Virus record (IMG/VR): IMGVR_UViG_2844540631_000002
Location: 1 to 64,000 of that record
Source of the DNA: a virus
Taxonomy: Duplodnaviria; Caudoviricetes
Reading direction: 5' to 3' (one strand)
DNA length: 64,000 bases
Shown here: positions 9,447 to 17,620 of the stretch, in pieces
How positions within the stretch are numbered: position 1 is the stretch's first letter
Layout: every line of letters starts with the position of its first letter
The notes under the pieces: model-generated
Database searches by the model: none
What the model saw: only the letters and a program-made list of their open reading frames with translations
Told to the model about the DNA's origin: nothing
Translations under genes and position numbers: made by a program

Positions 9447-10093
9447 GCACCTGCACCACGCGCAAGCCACTGCTCGCCGTCACCGTGCCCCAGCCCCTCG
9501 CGCGAAGCGTGGAGCTGGGCACGGCGCCCGTCGTCAACCTGTCCGTGGCCCCTCCGCCGGAGGCCCTGGGCGGCTACGTCGCGGTATGCGCGGGCGAGTA
9601 CGACGAAGGCATCGCCCACTGGATGGACGTCCACGGAGGGATTCGGCCTTTCGCTCCAGAGGACGTCCATACGGGCACGGTGCTCGCGGTGGCGCGGGTG
9701 GCGGCCGTGTCCCAGTGGCCGGACGTCCCCCGCGAGTCTCGCTGGTACGTGGGGCCGGTGGGGCTGTGGCTGGCCGATGTCATCCGCCTGCCTGAGCTGG
9801 TGCCCGTTGAGCCCGGCCCAGTGGCGCAGTGCTGGGAACTCCCCGAGGACGTTCGCGCCGCGGTGCGCGCCGGCTACAAGGCCGCCCGGGATGCGACGAA
9901 GGCGCTCTGGGACGACTTCAGCGCCCGCTCGGCGAAGGCCCTGGAACGCGAGTCTGCGCCCGGGCTCCGTGAGAAGTGCATCCGGAAGTGCGTGTGCCGG
10001 ATGGCCATGCGGCCGTGCCCCTCATGCAAGGCGTTCCGCTGCCCGAACCCCGCCTGTCCGCCGCACGCCTGCCACCAGGAGGCCCACCCTTGA
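9443..10093 (+). CDS. Hypothetical protein, ASCH-like N-terminus with C-terminal Cys cluster
   Basis: AVTVPQPLA...YVAVCAG...WYVGPVGLWL; CVCRMAMRPCPSCKAFRCPNPAC. Confidence 0.6.
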   Translation: MSTCTTRKPLLAVTVPQPLARSVELGTAPVVNLSVAPPPEALGGYVAVCAGEYDEGIAHWMDVHGGIRPFAPEDVHTGTVLAVARVAAVSQWPDVPRESRWYVGPVGLWLADVIRLPELVPVEPGPVAQCWELPEDVRAAVRAGYKAARDATKALWDDFSARSAKALERESAPGLREKCIRKCVCRMAMRPCPSCKAFRCPNPACPPHACHQEAHP

Positions 10094-10395
10094 GCTGCCT
10101 CCGCGCCACGACCTGCCGCATTTGCGGCGCCGTCCGGCTGGGCACCAGCCTCACCGAGTCCGGCCAGCTCGCACCGCACGCCGCCACCCCGGCCAACGCC
10201 CGCGTCGTGGCCGCCTTCATCGGCGTCTTGGACCCCACGTCCTGGCGCCCGTGGCCCACCTGCCGTCACGACGTGGCGTGGTGGGCCGGTTGCCGCAACC
10301 AGCCCGTTCCGCCGCCGTGCTGCAGGTGGCCGCCCTGCGTGCTGGTCCTGCCGCCCCTTCTTCCCTCCGTGCCCGCCCACCCAGAGGACTCGTAG
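10090..10395 (+). CDS. Hypothetical Cys/Pro-rich protein
   Basis: TTG start overlapping the upstream stop; CRIC motif. Confidence 0.4.
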   Translation: MSCLRATTCRICGAVRLGTSLTESGQLAPHAATPANARVVAAFIGVLDPTSWRPWPTCRHDVAWWAGCRNQPVPPPCCRWPPCVLVLPPLLPSVPAHPEDS

Positions 10396-10397
10396 CC

Positions 10398-12401
10398 ATG
10401 CCCGCCTGCACCCAGCGCCCGGACGAAGAAGAGGTGCCGCAGGACGCGGAGCACCTGCCAGAGGCGGGGCCCGCCAGCGCGGAGGAACTCCAGCAGGTGC
10501 TTCCTCCACCGCGAGGGAGCAACGCGCGCCGTGCCCGTGGCGAGGACCCGGGCGTCCCCCCTGACTTCTTCGCGGAGGCGTGCCCCTGCGCCCAGCAGCA
10601 GGTCGCCGAGCTGCGCGCGCAGGTGCTGGCGGAGCGCGACGCCCGGCTTCGCGCGGAGAGCTACGCGGCCGGTGTCGACCACGGTTGGCGCCAGGCCGTG
10701 TCCCTGCTGGCGCCCAGCGTGCTGGGCCTGCGCCCTGCAACCGCCCCGGTGGTGGTGCCCTCGACGCCGCCCAGCCCCAGCCCTGTCACGCAGCCGATGG
10801 CGGCTGTCACGCAACCCCAGCGTGACAACCAGCGTGACACCGCCCCTGTCAGCGTGACGTCGGCTGTGGAGGGGGGAGGGGGGGAGGAAAACCCCAAGAG
10901 AATTCCGAAGCCTGCGACGTTGAGACAGCAGCTCAAGCGCCAGCGTGACAGGCAGAAAGCCAGCGTGACAGGTAGCGTGACACCCCCTCTCCCCCCTCCC
11001 TCTGCCTCGAAGACGAGGGGGGCGCTGGTGGCTGTCACGCAGGATGCGCGCGCTGTGCGTGACGTCCGCGAGGCTGCACGCGAGTACCGCAAGCCGGACG
11101 CCCTCCCGGCCGACATCCGCGCGCTGCGCGAGGGGTGGAATGCCATGGCGCTGGCCCATGGCTTCCCGGCCTGGGGGGAGCGCACCTCCCGGCGCATGGC
11201 GGAGGATGCCCTGGCGGCCCTGCGTCGCCGCCCGCTGGAGGAGTGGCTCCGCGTCTTCACCCTCGTCCCGCGTTCTCCGGCCTGCCGCGGCGAACTCTCC
11301 AACCGGCTGCGCGCCAACGTCGTGTGGGTGCTGACCTGGACGCGCGCTGGCCTTGAGGTGGCTGAGCAGTTGCTCAGCGGCGCTTGGAGTCTGGACCCGG
11401 AGCGCCCCGAGGCGCCGCCGCATGAGGAACCTGGGGCGGCGGTGTGCCTTGAGGACGTCCCCATGGGCACCGAGGCTGCGCGGGCCTGGGCGCGGGTGCT
11501 GGCCGCCCTGCGCGCAGACGGCAAGCACCGCGCCTGCGAAGGGTTGGAGTGCTTCCGCGCGGTGGCCCTGGACGACGCTGGCCTTGAGGTGGCCGCGCCG
11601 GACCAGTTCTCCCTGGACTGGATGCAGGACACCTGTCGGGGGCTGGTGAACGTCTACGCCCACCGCACGGGCCTGACCGGGCTGCGCTTCGTCGTCCAGG
11701 AGCAGGAGGAAGAGTACTCGCCCCCCGTCGCGCCGGCGGAACCTGTCGAGACGCTTCCCTTCGAGCCGCCCCCCTCCATTGCGCCCGCCGCAGAGTCCCT
11801 CCCGGACGGCGTGGAGCGCGTCTTCTTCGCGGCGCGGGGGTGCTCGTACACGTGGCAGCCGTACCGGGATGACCCCGCTGCTCGCCGCCTGCTGGCCCTG
11901 GCGGGCACCGGGGGCGTGTCGGAGGTGTTGCGCCGCTGGGGGCACGGCGTGGAGGCGCGGTACAGGCAGCGCTGCGACACCCTTGCGGACCTGGTGCGCC
12001 GGTGGGAGGCCAACGCCACCCCGGAGTACCGCCCGGACACCAGCCAGCCCGCGGAGTCCCGCCGACGGGCGGACGTCGACGTGGGGCGCGGCGAAGCGCC
12101 ACAGGCTCTGGACCTGCCCGACACGCCAGCCGGCAGGGCATGGGCGCAGGTACTCGAGCGGATGCGCGAGCAGGGCGGGGGAGCGGCCTACATCGCGAGG
12201 CAGGCCCAGGGCCGCTTCCGCGCCGTCGAGCTGGCCGGCGGCTGTCTCGTGTTGGAGGCGCCGGACAAGTACGCCCTGACGTTGCTGGACGAGGACTACG
12301 GTGGCGCAGCGCTCAATGCCGCTGCCCGTACCCTGGACCTGGAACTGCGGGCCACCATCGCCGGCCAGCCCGCGGGCGCCCACGCCGGAGGTCTCCAATG
12401 A
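10398..12401 (+). CDS. Phage replication initiator with two C-terminal DnaA-N-like domains
   Basis: Low-complexity VT/RD-rich middle encoded by DNA iterons; two similar AWAxVL...FRAVxL...APDxF/Y units; position in the replication module. Confidence 0.7.
   Translation: MPACTQRPDEEEVPQDAEHLPEAGPASAEELQQVLPPPRGSNARRARGEDPGVPPDFFAEACPCAQQQVAELRAQVLAERDARLRAESYAAGVDHGWRQAVSLLAPSVLGLRPATAPVVVPSTPPSPSPVTQPMAAVTQPQRDNQRDTAPVSVTSAVEGGGGEENPKRIPKPATLRQQLKRQRDRQKASVTGSVTPPLPPPSASKTRGALVAVTQDARAVRDVREAAREYRKPDALPADIRALREGWNAMALAHGFPAWGERTSRRMAEDALAALRRRPLEEWLRVFTLVPRSPACRGELSNRLRANVVWVLTWTRAGLEVAEQLLSGAWSLDPERPEAPPHEEPGAAVCLEDVPMGTEAARAWARVLAALRADGKHRACEGLECFRAVALDDAGLEVAAPDQFSLDWMQDTCRGLVNVYAHRTGLTGLRFVVQEQEEEYSPPVAPAEPVETLPFEPPPSIAPAAESLPDGVERVFFAARGCSYTWQPYRDDPAARRLLALAGTGGVSEVLRRWGHGVEARYRQRCDTLADLVRRWEANATPEYRPDTSQPAESRRRADVDVGRGEAPQALDLPDTPAGRAWAQVLERMREQGGGAAYIARQAQGRFRAVELAGGCLVLEAPDKYALTLLDEDYGGAALNAAARTLDLELRATIAGQPAGAHAGGLQ
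10784..11064. repeat. Iteron-like repeats GCGTGACA/TGTCACGC (about 10 copies), putative phage origin
   Basis: TGTCACGC at 10784, 10805, 11033; GCGTGACA at 10820, 10832, 10943, 10963, 10975; GCGTGACG at 10852, 11057. Confidence 0.7.
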
Positions 12402-12883
12402 CGGCCTGTGCCCGGCTGGCCCTCCTCGCGTGCGGCAGCAGCGGCCTCACGGTGGCGCACCTGCTAGCGCTCCGCGCCTACGTGCGCCGCTTCGCGGGAA
12501 TCCGGTGCGCGCGTCTCATCCACGGTGCGGGGGACAGGCGCAGGGACGACCCCGTGGCGGCCATGGGGGCGGACCGGTTGTGGGAAGTGGCGTGCGCAGT
12601 GGAGTGGCCCGACTTCCAGGTGGAGGAGGTGGACCGCTTCCCGGCGCATTGGAAGACGCAGGGGCGCATAGCAGGCCCACTGCGCAACGAGGTGATGCGC
12701 GAGGCCGCGCGCGGGTACGCCCGGCTTGGGTGGACGGTTCGCTGGGTGGCCGCGCACACGGACCCGGGTCTGGGCAAGGGCACGGCCGGGATGGTGCGCA
12801 TGTGTCGCGCCGAGGGGTGGAAGGGCCGCGTCCTGATTCTCTCTCATGATGGACAGGTGGTGTCCGAGGAGTCCGTTTCATGA
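12398..12883 (+). CDS. DUF2493/YspA-like SLOG family protein
   Basis: LIHGAG...GADRL...FPAHW...AGPLRNEVM...GKGTAGMV. Confidence 0.7.
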   Translation: MTACARLALLACGSSGLTVAHLLALRAYVRRFAGIRCARLIHGAGDRRRDDPVAAMGADRLWEVACAVEWPDFQVEEVDRFPAHWKTQGRIAGPLRNEVMREAARGYARLGWTVRWVAAHTDPGLGKGTAGMVRMCRAEGWKGRVLILSHDGQVVSEESVS

Positions 12884-13092
12884 CGTGCCGCAAGCACCCT
12901 GAACTGGAGGAGTCGCTGCGCCTTGAGCGTGAGCGCGTCGCCGAGCTGGAGGCGCGGCTGCTCAAGGTGGCCACGGCCCTGGACAGATACGGGCGCCACG
13001 AGCGTGGCTGCCGCTTCGCGCGCACCAACGGCCGGTGCGCCTGCACATGCCTGCTGCACGAGCGCATCCGGGACGGAGGCATCAAGCCATGA
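12880..13092 (+). CDS. Hypothetical protein
   Basis: 70 aa coupled ORF, coiled coil plus Cys/His cluster. Confidence 0.55.
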   Translation: MTCRKHPELEESLRLERERVAELEARLLKVATALDRYGRHERGCRFARTNGRCACTCLLHERIRDGGIKP

Positions 13093-13355
13093 GCCATTGC
13101 AAGCCGCCGTATGACGGGAGCAACGAGTCCGTCGTGGCCAAGGTCGCCAGAAGTTACGTCGAGGACATGCGGCGCCTGCGGCACCCGTATGTGCGCGCCA
13201 TGGACCGCGCCGTGTCGAAGATGGAGCGCGAGTGCTCGCCGCTCCCGCCTGATGTCGTCATCGAAAAGGATGTCTGGGATGGCATCTACAGGGACATCGG
13301 CGAGGCATTCGCCGCCGTCGAGCGAGAGGCATCGCGGCCGGGCGGTGACGCGTGA
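13089..13355 (+). CDS. Hypothetical protein
   Basis: ATG at 13089 overlapping the upstream stop. Confidence 0.55.
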   Translation: MSHCKPPYDGSNESVVAKVARSYVEDMRRLRHPYVRAMDRAVSKMERECSPLPPDVVIEKDVWDGIYRDIGEAFAAVEREASRPGGDA

Positions 13356-13843
13356 CGTGCCGAGCCCTCTACACACCGCCGGACCTCTGGGACGCGAACG
13401 ACGCATGGAAGGCGAACTGCGGTCCGGCAGCGCTCGCCGCGGTGCTGGGCGTGCCGCTCGCCGCCGTTCGCAGGGCCTTCACTGGCTTCCCAGCGAAGCC
13501 TTGGACGACGCCCACCACCATGGCCGCCGCACTCGCCACGCACGGCGCACGACACCGCGTTATCCAGGGGATGCCCCAGGGGGACGTGCACGGAGTGGCC
13601 TTCGTCCAACTCCGGGGCACCTGGGACGCCGCGCCGGAGCGCGCTCAGTACCGGCACACGCACTGGGTGGGCCTGCACAGGGAGAGAGGAGAGCTGCACG
13701 TGTACGACTGCAACGCGGGGAGCGCGGGCGGGTGGCTGCCGTCCGAGGTGTGGAAGGCCCAGGTGCTGGCAGAAATCATCGCCGGGCACCGGGGCGCGTC
13801 TGGGAAGTGGGCCGTGCGCGTGGTGCTGGAGGTGCTCCGTTGA
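13352..13843 (+). CDS. Hypothetical protein, possible C39-like papain-fold peptidase
   Basis: NCGPAALAAVLG...HWVGL...VYDCN: Cys/His/Asp arrangement. Confidence 0.5.
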   Translation: MTCRALYTPPDLWDANDAWKANCGPAALAAVLGVPLAAVRRAFTGFPAKPWTTPTTMAAALATHGARHRVIQGMPQGDVHGVAFVQLRGTWDAAPERAQYRHTHWVGLHRERGELHVYDCNAGSAGGWLPSEVWKAQVLAEIIAGHRGASGKWAVRVVLEVLR

Positions 13844-14361
13844 GCTGCTCGCGCATCGAATTCACCGTGCCCACCGGCACCGTCAACCCCACCAACACCC
13901 GGGAGCACCACCACGCGAGGGCGCGGCGCGTCCGGGACGAGCGGGAGGAGACGGCGGAGTCCTGGCCCGGGTGGACGGCGCCGGCACTGCTGGTGGTGCG
14001 GCTCACCCGCGTGTCGCCGCGGCTGCTGGACGGCGGGGACAACCTGCCGGCCGCGTTGAAGCCCGTGCGCGACGAGGTGGCCCGCCAGCTCCGGCTGGAC
14101 GACGCCTCGCCGCTGGTCCGGTGGGACTATGAGCAGGTCCAGGGCCCTGCCGCGGTGGTGGTGGAGATGGCCTGGGGGGATGACCCGCTCGCCGTGGCCA
14201 TTCGCGCCAAGGACGCGGTGCAGCCGCCCCCGCCGCCCGTGCCGCTGCTGACGGTGGCCAAGGCCAAAAAGGAGCGCCAGGCCCCGCCCCCCGGGAAGGC
14301 GGCGCCGGCGAAGTCCTGGGCGCAGCTTGCAACCCCCAATGTCCACAGGAGCAGGCCGTGA
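13840..14361 (+). CDS. RusA-like Holliday junction resolvase
   Basis: NTREH...VVRLTRVSPRLLDGGDNLPAALKPVRDEVA...DD. Confidence 0.7.
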   Translation: MSCSRIEFTVPTGTVNPTNTREHHHARARRVRDEREETAESWPGWTAPALLVVRLTRVSPRLLDGGDNLPAALKPVRDEVARQLRLDDASPLVRWDYEQVQGPAAVVVEMAWGDDPLAVAIRAKDAVQPPPPPVPLLTVAKAKKERQAPPPGKAAPAKSWAQLATPNVHRSRP

Positions 14362-15035
14362 CGTGCGCAGCGAAGCCCCTCACCGATGAGCAGCAGGCGC
14401 TGTGCCTCCAGTGGGAGGGGTACGCCCTCATGCTGGCCCACCGGCACCTTGCGCGGGCCAGGCACCTCCGACGGCAGGACGAGGACGTCCTCCAGGAGGC
14501 GCGGCTCGCCGTGGTGCGCGCTGCCCAGACGTGGAAGCCGGAGTTGGGGAAGTTCTGCACCTACGTCCTCTGGTGGGTGCGGAGCTTCCTCGGCAAGTAC
14601 GACAGGCGCGGCTCGCGCGTGGTGCCGCTCCCGGCGGGCGAGTGGGTGCCGCCGCGAGAGTGGAGCCTCGACCAGCCTTCATCCGCTGTGGAGGGTGAGG
14701 AGGCGGACTCCACGCGGCTGGACCTGTTCACCCACGCCCCGGCGGAGGATGGGCTGGAGTCCCGGGACGGTGAGCGCCTCATGGCCCAGGCAGCCGATGC
14801 GCTGATGCGTCTCCGCCTCGCGGAGCTGAGCGATAGGCCGACTCGCACCCAGCGGGCACGTGTCCGGAGGGACGTCGCCCTCTTCCTCCGTTACCGCTTC
14901 GAGGGTGTGACGCTGGATATGCTCGCGTCCGAGTCCGGACTCACCACGCGCGAAGCTGTCCGGCAAATCGTGCTGCGAATCCAGCCTGCCTTTGACACCT
15001 GGGCGGCTGAGCTGCGCGCAGAGGCGGAAGGGTAG
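14358..15035 (+). CDS. Phage-encoded sigma70-family RNA polymerase sigma factor
   Basis: Region 2 EDVLQEARLAVVRAAQTWKPELGKFCTYVLWWVR; region 4 HTH GVTLDMLASESGLTTREAVRQ. Confidence 0.82.
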   Translation: MTCAAKPLTDEQQALCLQWEGYALMLAHRHLARARHLRRQDEDVLQEARLAVVRAAQTWKPELGKFCTYVLWWVRSFLGKYDRRGSRVVPLPAGEWVPPREWSLDQPSSAVEGEEADSTRLDLFTHAPAEDGLESRDGERLMAQAADALMRLRLAELSDRPTRTQRARVRRDVALFLRYRFEGVTLDMLASESGLTTREAVRQIVLRIQPAFDTWAAELRAEAEG

Positions 15036-15037
15036 CC

Positions 15038-15322
15038 ATGGCGTGCGCCCGTCCCGTCCAGCTCGAGCTGCCCTTGTCGCCACCGCGGCGCCGGCGCGGG
15101 GCCGAAGAGGGGGTGTGCCTCCGTGGTGCAGGTGGGCTCGACTGGCGCGAGGCGCGGCGCCTGGCGGACCGCGCACGGGAGCTCCTCCGCAAGGGAATCG
15201 CCCCCACCGTCGTGCATGAGGAGACGGGCATCCGCCTCAACACGTTGCACCAGATGCTGACGCGGCTCCGCCGTTTGCGCTGTGGGACTCCTGGGGTACC
15301 CCAGAGGGATGACCTGCGCTGA
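15038..15322 (+). CDS. Small HTH-like protein
   Basis: ARELLRKGIAPTVVHEETGIRLNTLHQML. Confidence 0.55.
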   Translation: MACARPVQLELPLSPPRRRRGAEEGVCLRGAGGLDWREARRLADRARELLRKGIAPTVVHEETGIRLNTLHQMLTRLRRLRCGTPGVPQRDDLR

Positions 15323-16316
15323 CCAGCTCAAGGCCGCTCGCCTGTTGAACGCCTTCATCGCCACGTTGCGCGCCCGGCCCGAGGACAGGGACGAGGTGCT
15401 GGAGCGGCACGTGGCTTACGTGGGGGGGCCGGGTATGAGTGCGATTGACTTGGCGAAGTTGAAGTTGCTGGCGCAGGCGGCCCTCCCTGGTGGAGCAGGG
15501 TTCACGGCCTTGGTGATCTTCCGAGAGGTTGCGAACCCCGCCGCCGTCCTCGCGTTGATGGCAAGGCTTGAGGCAGCCGAGGAGCACGCGAAGACGCAGC
15601 ATGATCGCGTGGAGTTCATCCTCAAGGACAATGAGCGGTTCCAGGCGCTGGCGACCGAGCACGCCGAGGCTCGAAGGAATGCGGAGGCATCCGAGGCCGC
15701 GCTGATTGAGCGGGTGGAGGAAGCCGAGCGCCGTGCCGACCTCCGCCAGAAGTTGCTGGACGCGGAGAAGGCTGAGCGTGATGCGTTACGGGAGCGGCTC
15801 CAGGGCGCCCAGGAGGAGGCGTATGGGGCGTTGGATGCCGCGCGAGCGGCAAACGAGGAGGCAGGGCGCCGCAGCGCGGAGATTGAATCGCTGAAGAAGC
15901 GCGCGGAGTTGGCGGAGAGCCGCAAGGAGCACACCGAGTACTGGTACGGCGTCCGGCTTGAGCGCCTGAAGGACATGGCGAAGGAGCGCGGATTCTGGCG
16001 GGAGATGGCCGCCATCATCGCCAACGGCACGGTCGGTGATGAGCCGCCCACCTACGCCCAGCAACTCAATCTGGCCATCGGTCGCGCCGAGGACGCCAAG
16101 AAGAAGAATGCCGCTCTACTGACGCGCGTCTCACAGTTCGAGGCGCTCGCCAGGGCGGCGCTGCTGGCGTTCCAGTACATCGACGACCGCTCGGCGGGCA
16201 GCTCTGATGCGTGGAATGCGCTCGCCAGTGCGCTGGGGATGGACCCGGGGGAGTCGGACGTCTCCGAGATGGTGACGGCGCTTCAGGCACTGGCCGTCAC
16301 GTCGGAGGGACGATGA
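15309..16316 (+). CDS. Coiled-coil hypothetical protein
   Basis: Long heptad-rich ORF; start at ATG 15309. Confidence 0.7.
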   Translation: MTCADQLKAARLLNAFIATLRARPEDRDEVLERHVAYVGGPGMSAIDLAKLKLLAQAALPGGAGFTALVIFREVANPAAVLALMARLEAAEEHAKTQHDRVEFILKDNERFQALATEHAEARRNAEASEAALIERVEEAERRADLRQKLLDAEKAERDALRERLQGAQEEAYGALDAARAANEEAGRRSAEIESLKKRAELAESRKEHTEYWYGVRLERLKDMAKERGFWREMAAIIANGTVGDEPPTYAQQLNLAIGRAEDAKKKNAALLTRVSQFEALARAALLAFQYIDDRSAGSSDAWNALASALGMDPGESDVSEMVTALQALAVTSEGR

Positions 16317-16498
16317 GCCCGCTCCTCTTCGCGCTGGTGGATGCGGGGCTGGTGGGCCGCGTGGAAGTGGCGCTGCGGGATTCTCTCAATCCGGCCCTGG
16401 ATAGGTTCGCTGCCAGCGAGGCGCAGGTCGCCTTCAATGACACTGCCGCGACATGGAACTGGTGGCGCTCCCTCTGGCCGTTGGGAGGTAGGGCGTGA
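16313..16498 (+). CDS. Small hypothetical protein
   Basis: RBS GGAGGG, ATG at 16313, coupled overlaps. Confidence 0.5.
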   Translation: MSPLLFALVDAGLVGRVEVALRDSLNPALDRFAASEAQVAFNDTAATWNWWRSLWPLGGRA

Positions 16499-16896
16499 CG
16501 GAGCTCCTGACCAGCCTCCTGGTTGCTGGGCTCGCATATGGACTCGGCTGGTGGGCTGGGCGCGCCGGCGCCAGGCAGCAGGCGAGTGGTATCCCTGCCG
16601 CTCCCGCCCCTGCGCCATCGCGAGCCCCCATTGCGAGCCGGACCTGGGAGTCCCACTTCGGCCCTGATGGCACGGTGATTTTGTACCTGCGCATGTCCCT
16701 GGCCGACGAGGTGCAGACGGCTACGGGGACTGTCGGGGTGACGATTCCGCCGGGCGAGGTTGCCAAGGACGTCAAGGCCCGGCTGATTCAGCGGCAGGCG
16801 GACCTGGTGGACAACTGCCTCGGCTGGGGCATGCGCGTCCCTGAGATGACGGCCGCTGCGCCCGGCAAGCCGCGCAGGCAAGAGGCGGCATCATGA
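16495..16896 (+). CDS. Hypothetical membrane-anchored protein
   Basis: N-terminal hydrophobic helix LLTSLLVAGLAYGLGWWAG. Confidence 0.6.
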   Translation: MTELLTSLLVAGLAYGLGWWAGRAGARQQASGIPAAPAPAPSRAPIASRTWESHFGPDGTVILYLRMSLADEVQTATGTVGVTIPPGEVAKDVKARLIQRQADLVDNCLGWGMRVPEMTAAAPGKPRRQEAAS

Positions 16897-17426
16897 CGCT
16901 CAGCGAGCGCCGGGACATCGAGGACGCACTGACGCGCCTCTGGCCACGTATCCAGGTGCAGACGCCGGAGGAGGGCGCGGCCGTGGCCGTCCTGCGCGCC
17001 GTCTACCCGTCGCTGCCGGTGCCTGGGGATGCGGTGGACACCATCGGCTGGTGCACTGGCCTCCCGTCTCCAGAAGATGTGACGGCTCACGCGCAGGCAG
17101 CTGCCGTCCACGACGACGGCGCCCAGTGGCTGTGCACCGACCGCACGTTCCCAGGGGTGACTGTCATCCGTCTGAAGGTCCTCGACGGCCGCGTCATGCT
17201 CCAGAACGGCCACTCCTTCTGGCAGGCGCTGGACGAATGCCGGTGGGCGCCGAAGGCACGCTTCCGGCCCGTGGATGTCGAGGGCTGCGCGATGCCTCGG
17301 CCACCTGCGACGAGGGGCGGAAGGGCTCCCGTGCGTCCCACCTGCCCGAAGTGCAAGGCCTCGTCCTGCGTGGCCCCGGGCCGGTGCGACGACCCGGAGC
17401 ACTTCTTCGGAGGGATTGGGCCTTGA
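16893..17426 (+). CDS. Hypothetical protein with C-terminal Zn-finger-like motif
   Basis: TCPKCKASSCVAPGRC; coupled overlaps. Confidence 0.6.
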   Translation: MTLSERRDIEDALTRLWPRIQVQTPEEGAAVAVLRAVYPSLPVPGDAVDTIGWCTGLPSPEDVTAHAQAAAVHDDGAQWLCTDRTFPGVTVIRLKVLDGRVMLQNGHSFWQALDECRWAPKARFRPVDVEGCAMPRPPATRGGRAPVRPTCPKCKASSCVAPGRCDDPEHFFGGIGP

Positions 17427-17620
17427 CGCTCCCCGAATGGCTTGTCACCGCGGTGGCCTACGCCGTCATCAGCACCGGCGCGGCCTACCTGCTGTCGGTG
17501 TGCCTCAGCATCTCCATCGCCTTGCTGGAGCACGCCCTGCGCTGCCTGGGCCTTTGGCGGGACGTCGCGATGGCGCTGTTCGTCGTCTGGGCACAACGGA
17601 AGAAGGGGAAGCGGACATGA
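17423..17620 (+). CDS. Small membrane protein
   Basis: TTG start, strongly hydrophobic 65 aa. Confidence 0.5.
   Translation: MTLPEWLVTAVAYAVISTGAAYLLSVCLSISIALLEHALRCLGLWRDVAMALFVVWAQRKKGKRT

Noticed and set aside
10869-10886. G-rich tract as a G-quadruplex element
   Set aside because: Too few G-runs for a confident call, and it simply encodes EGGGGE; mentioned only as part of the origin region
10784-11064. Repeat cluster as a CRISPR array
   Set aside because: Repeats are only 8-10 bp, in mixed orientation, inside a CDS, with no regular spacers and no cas genes
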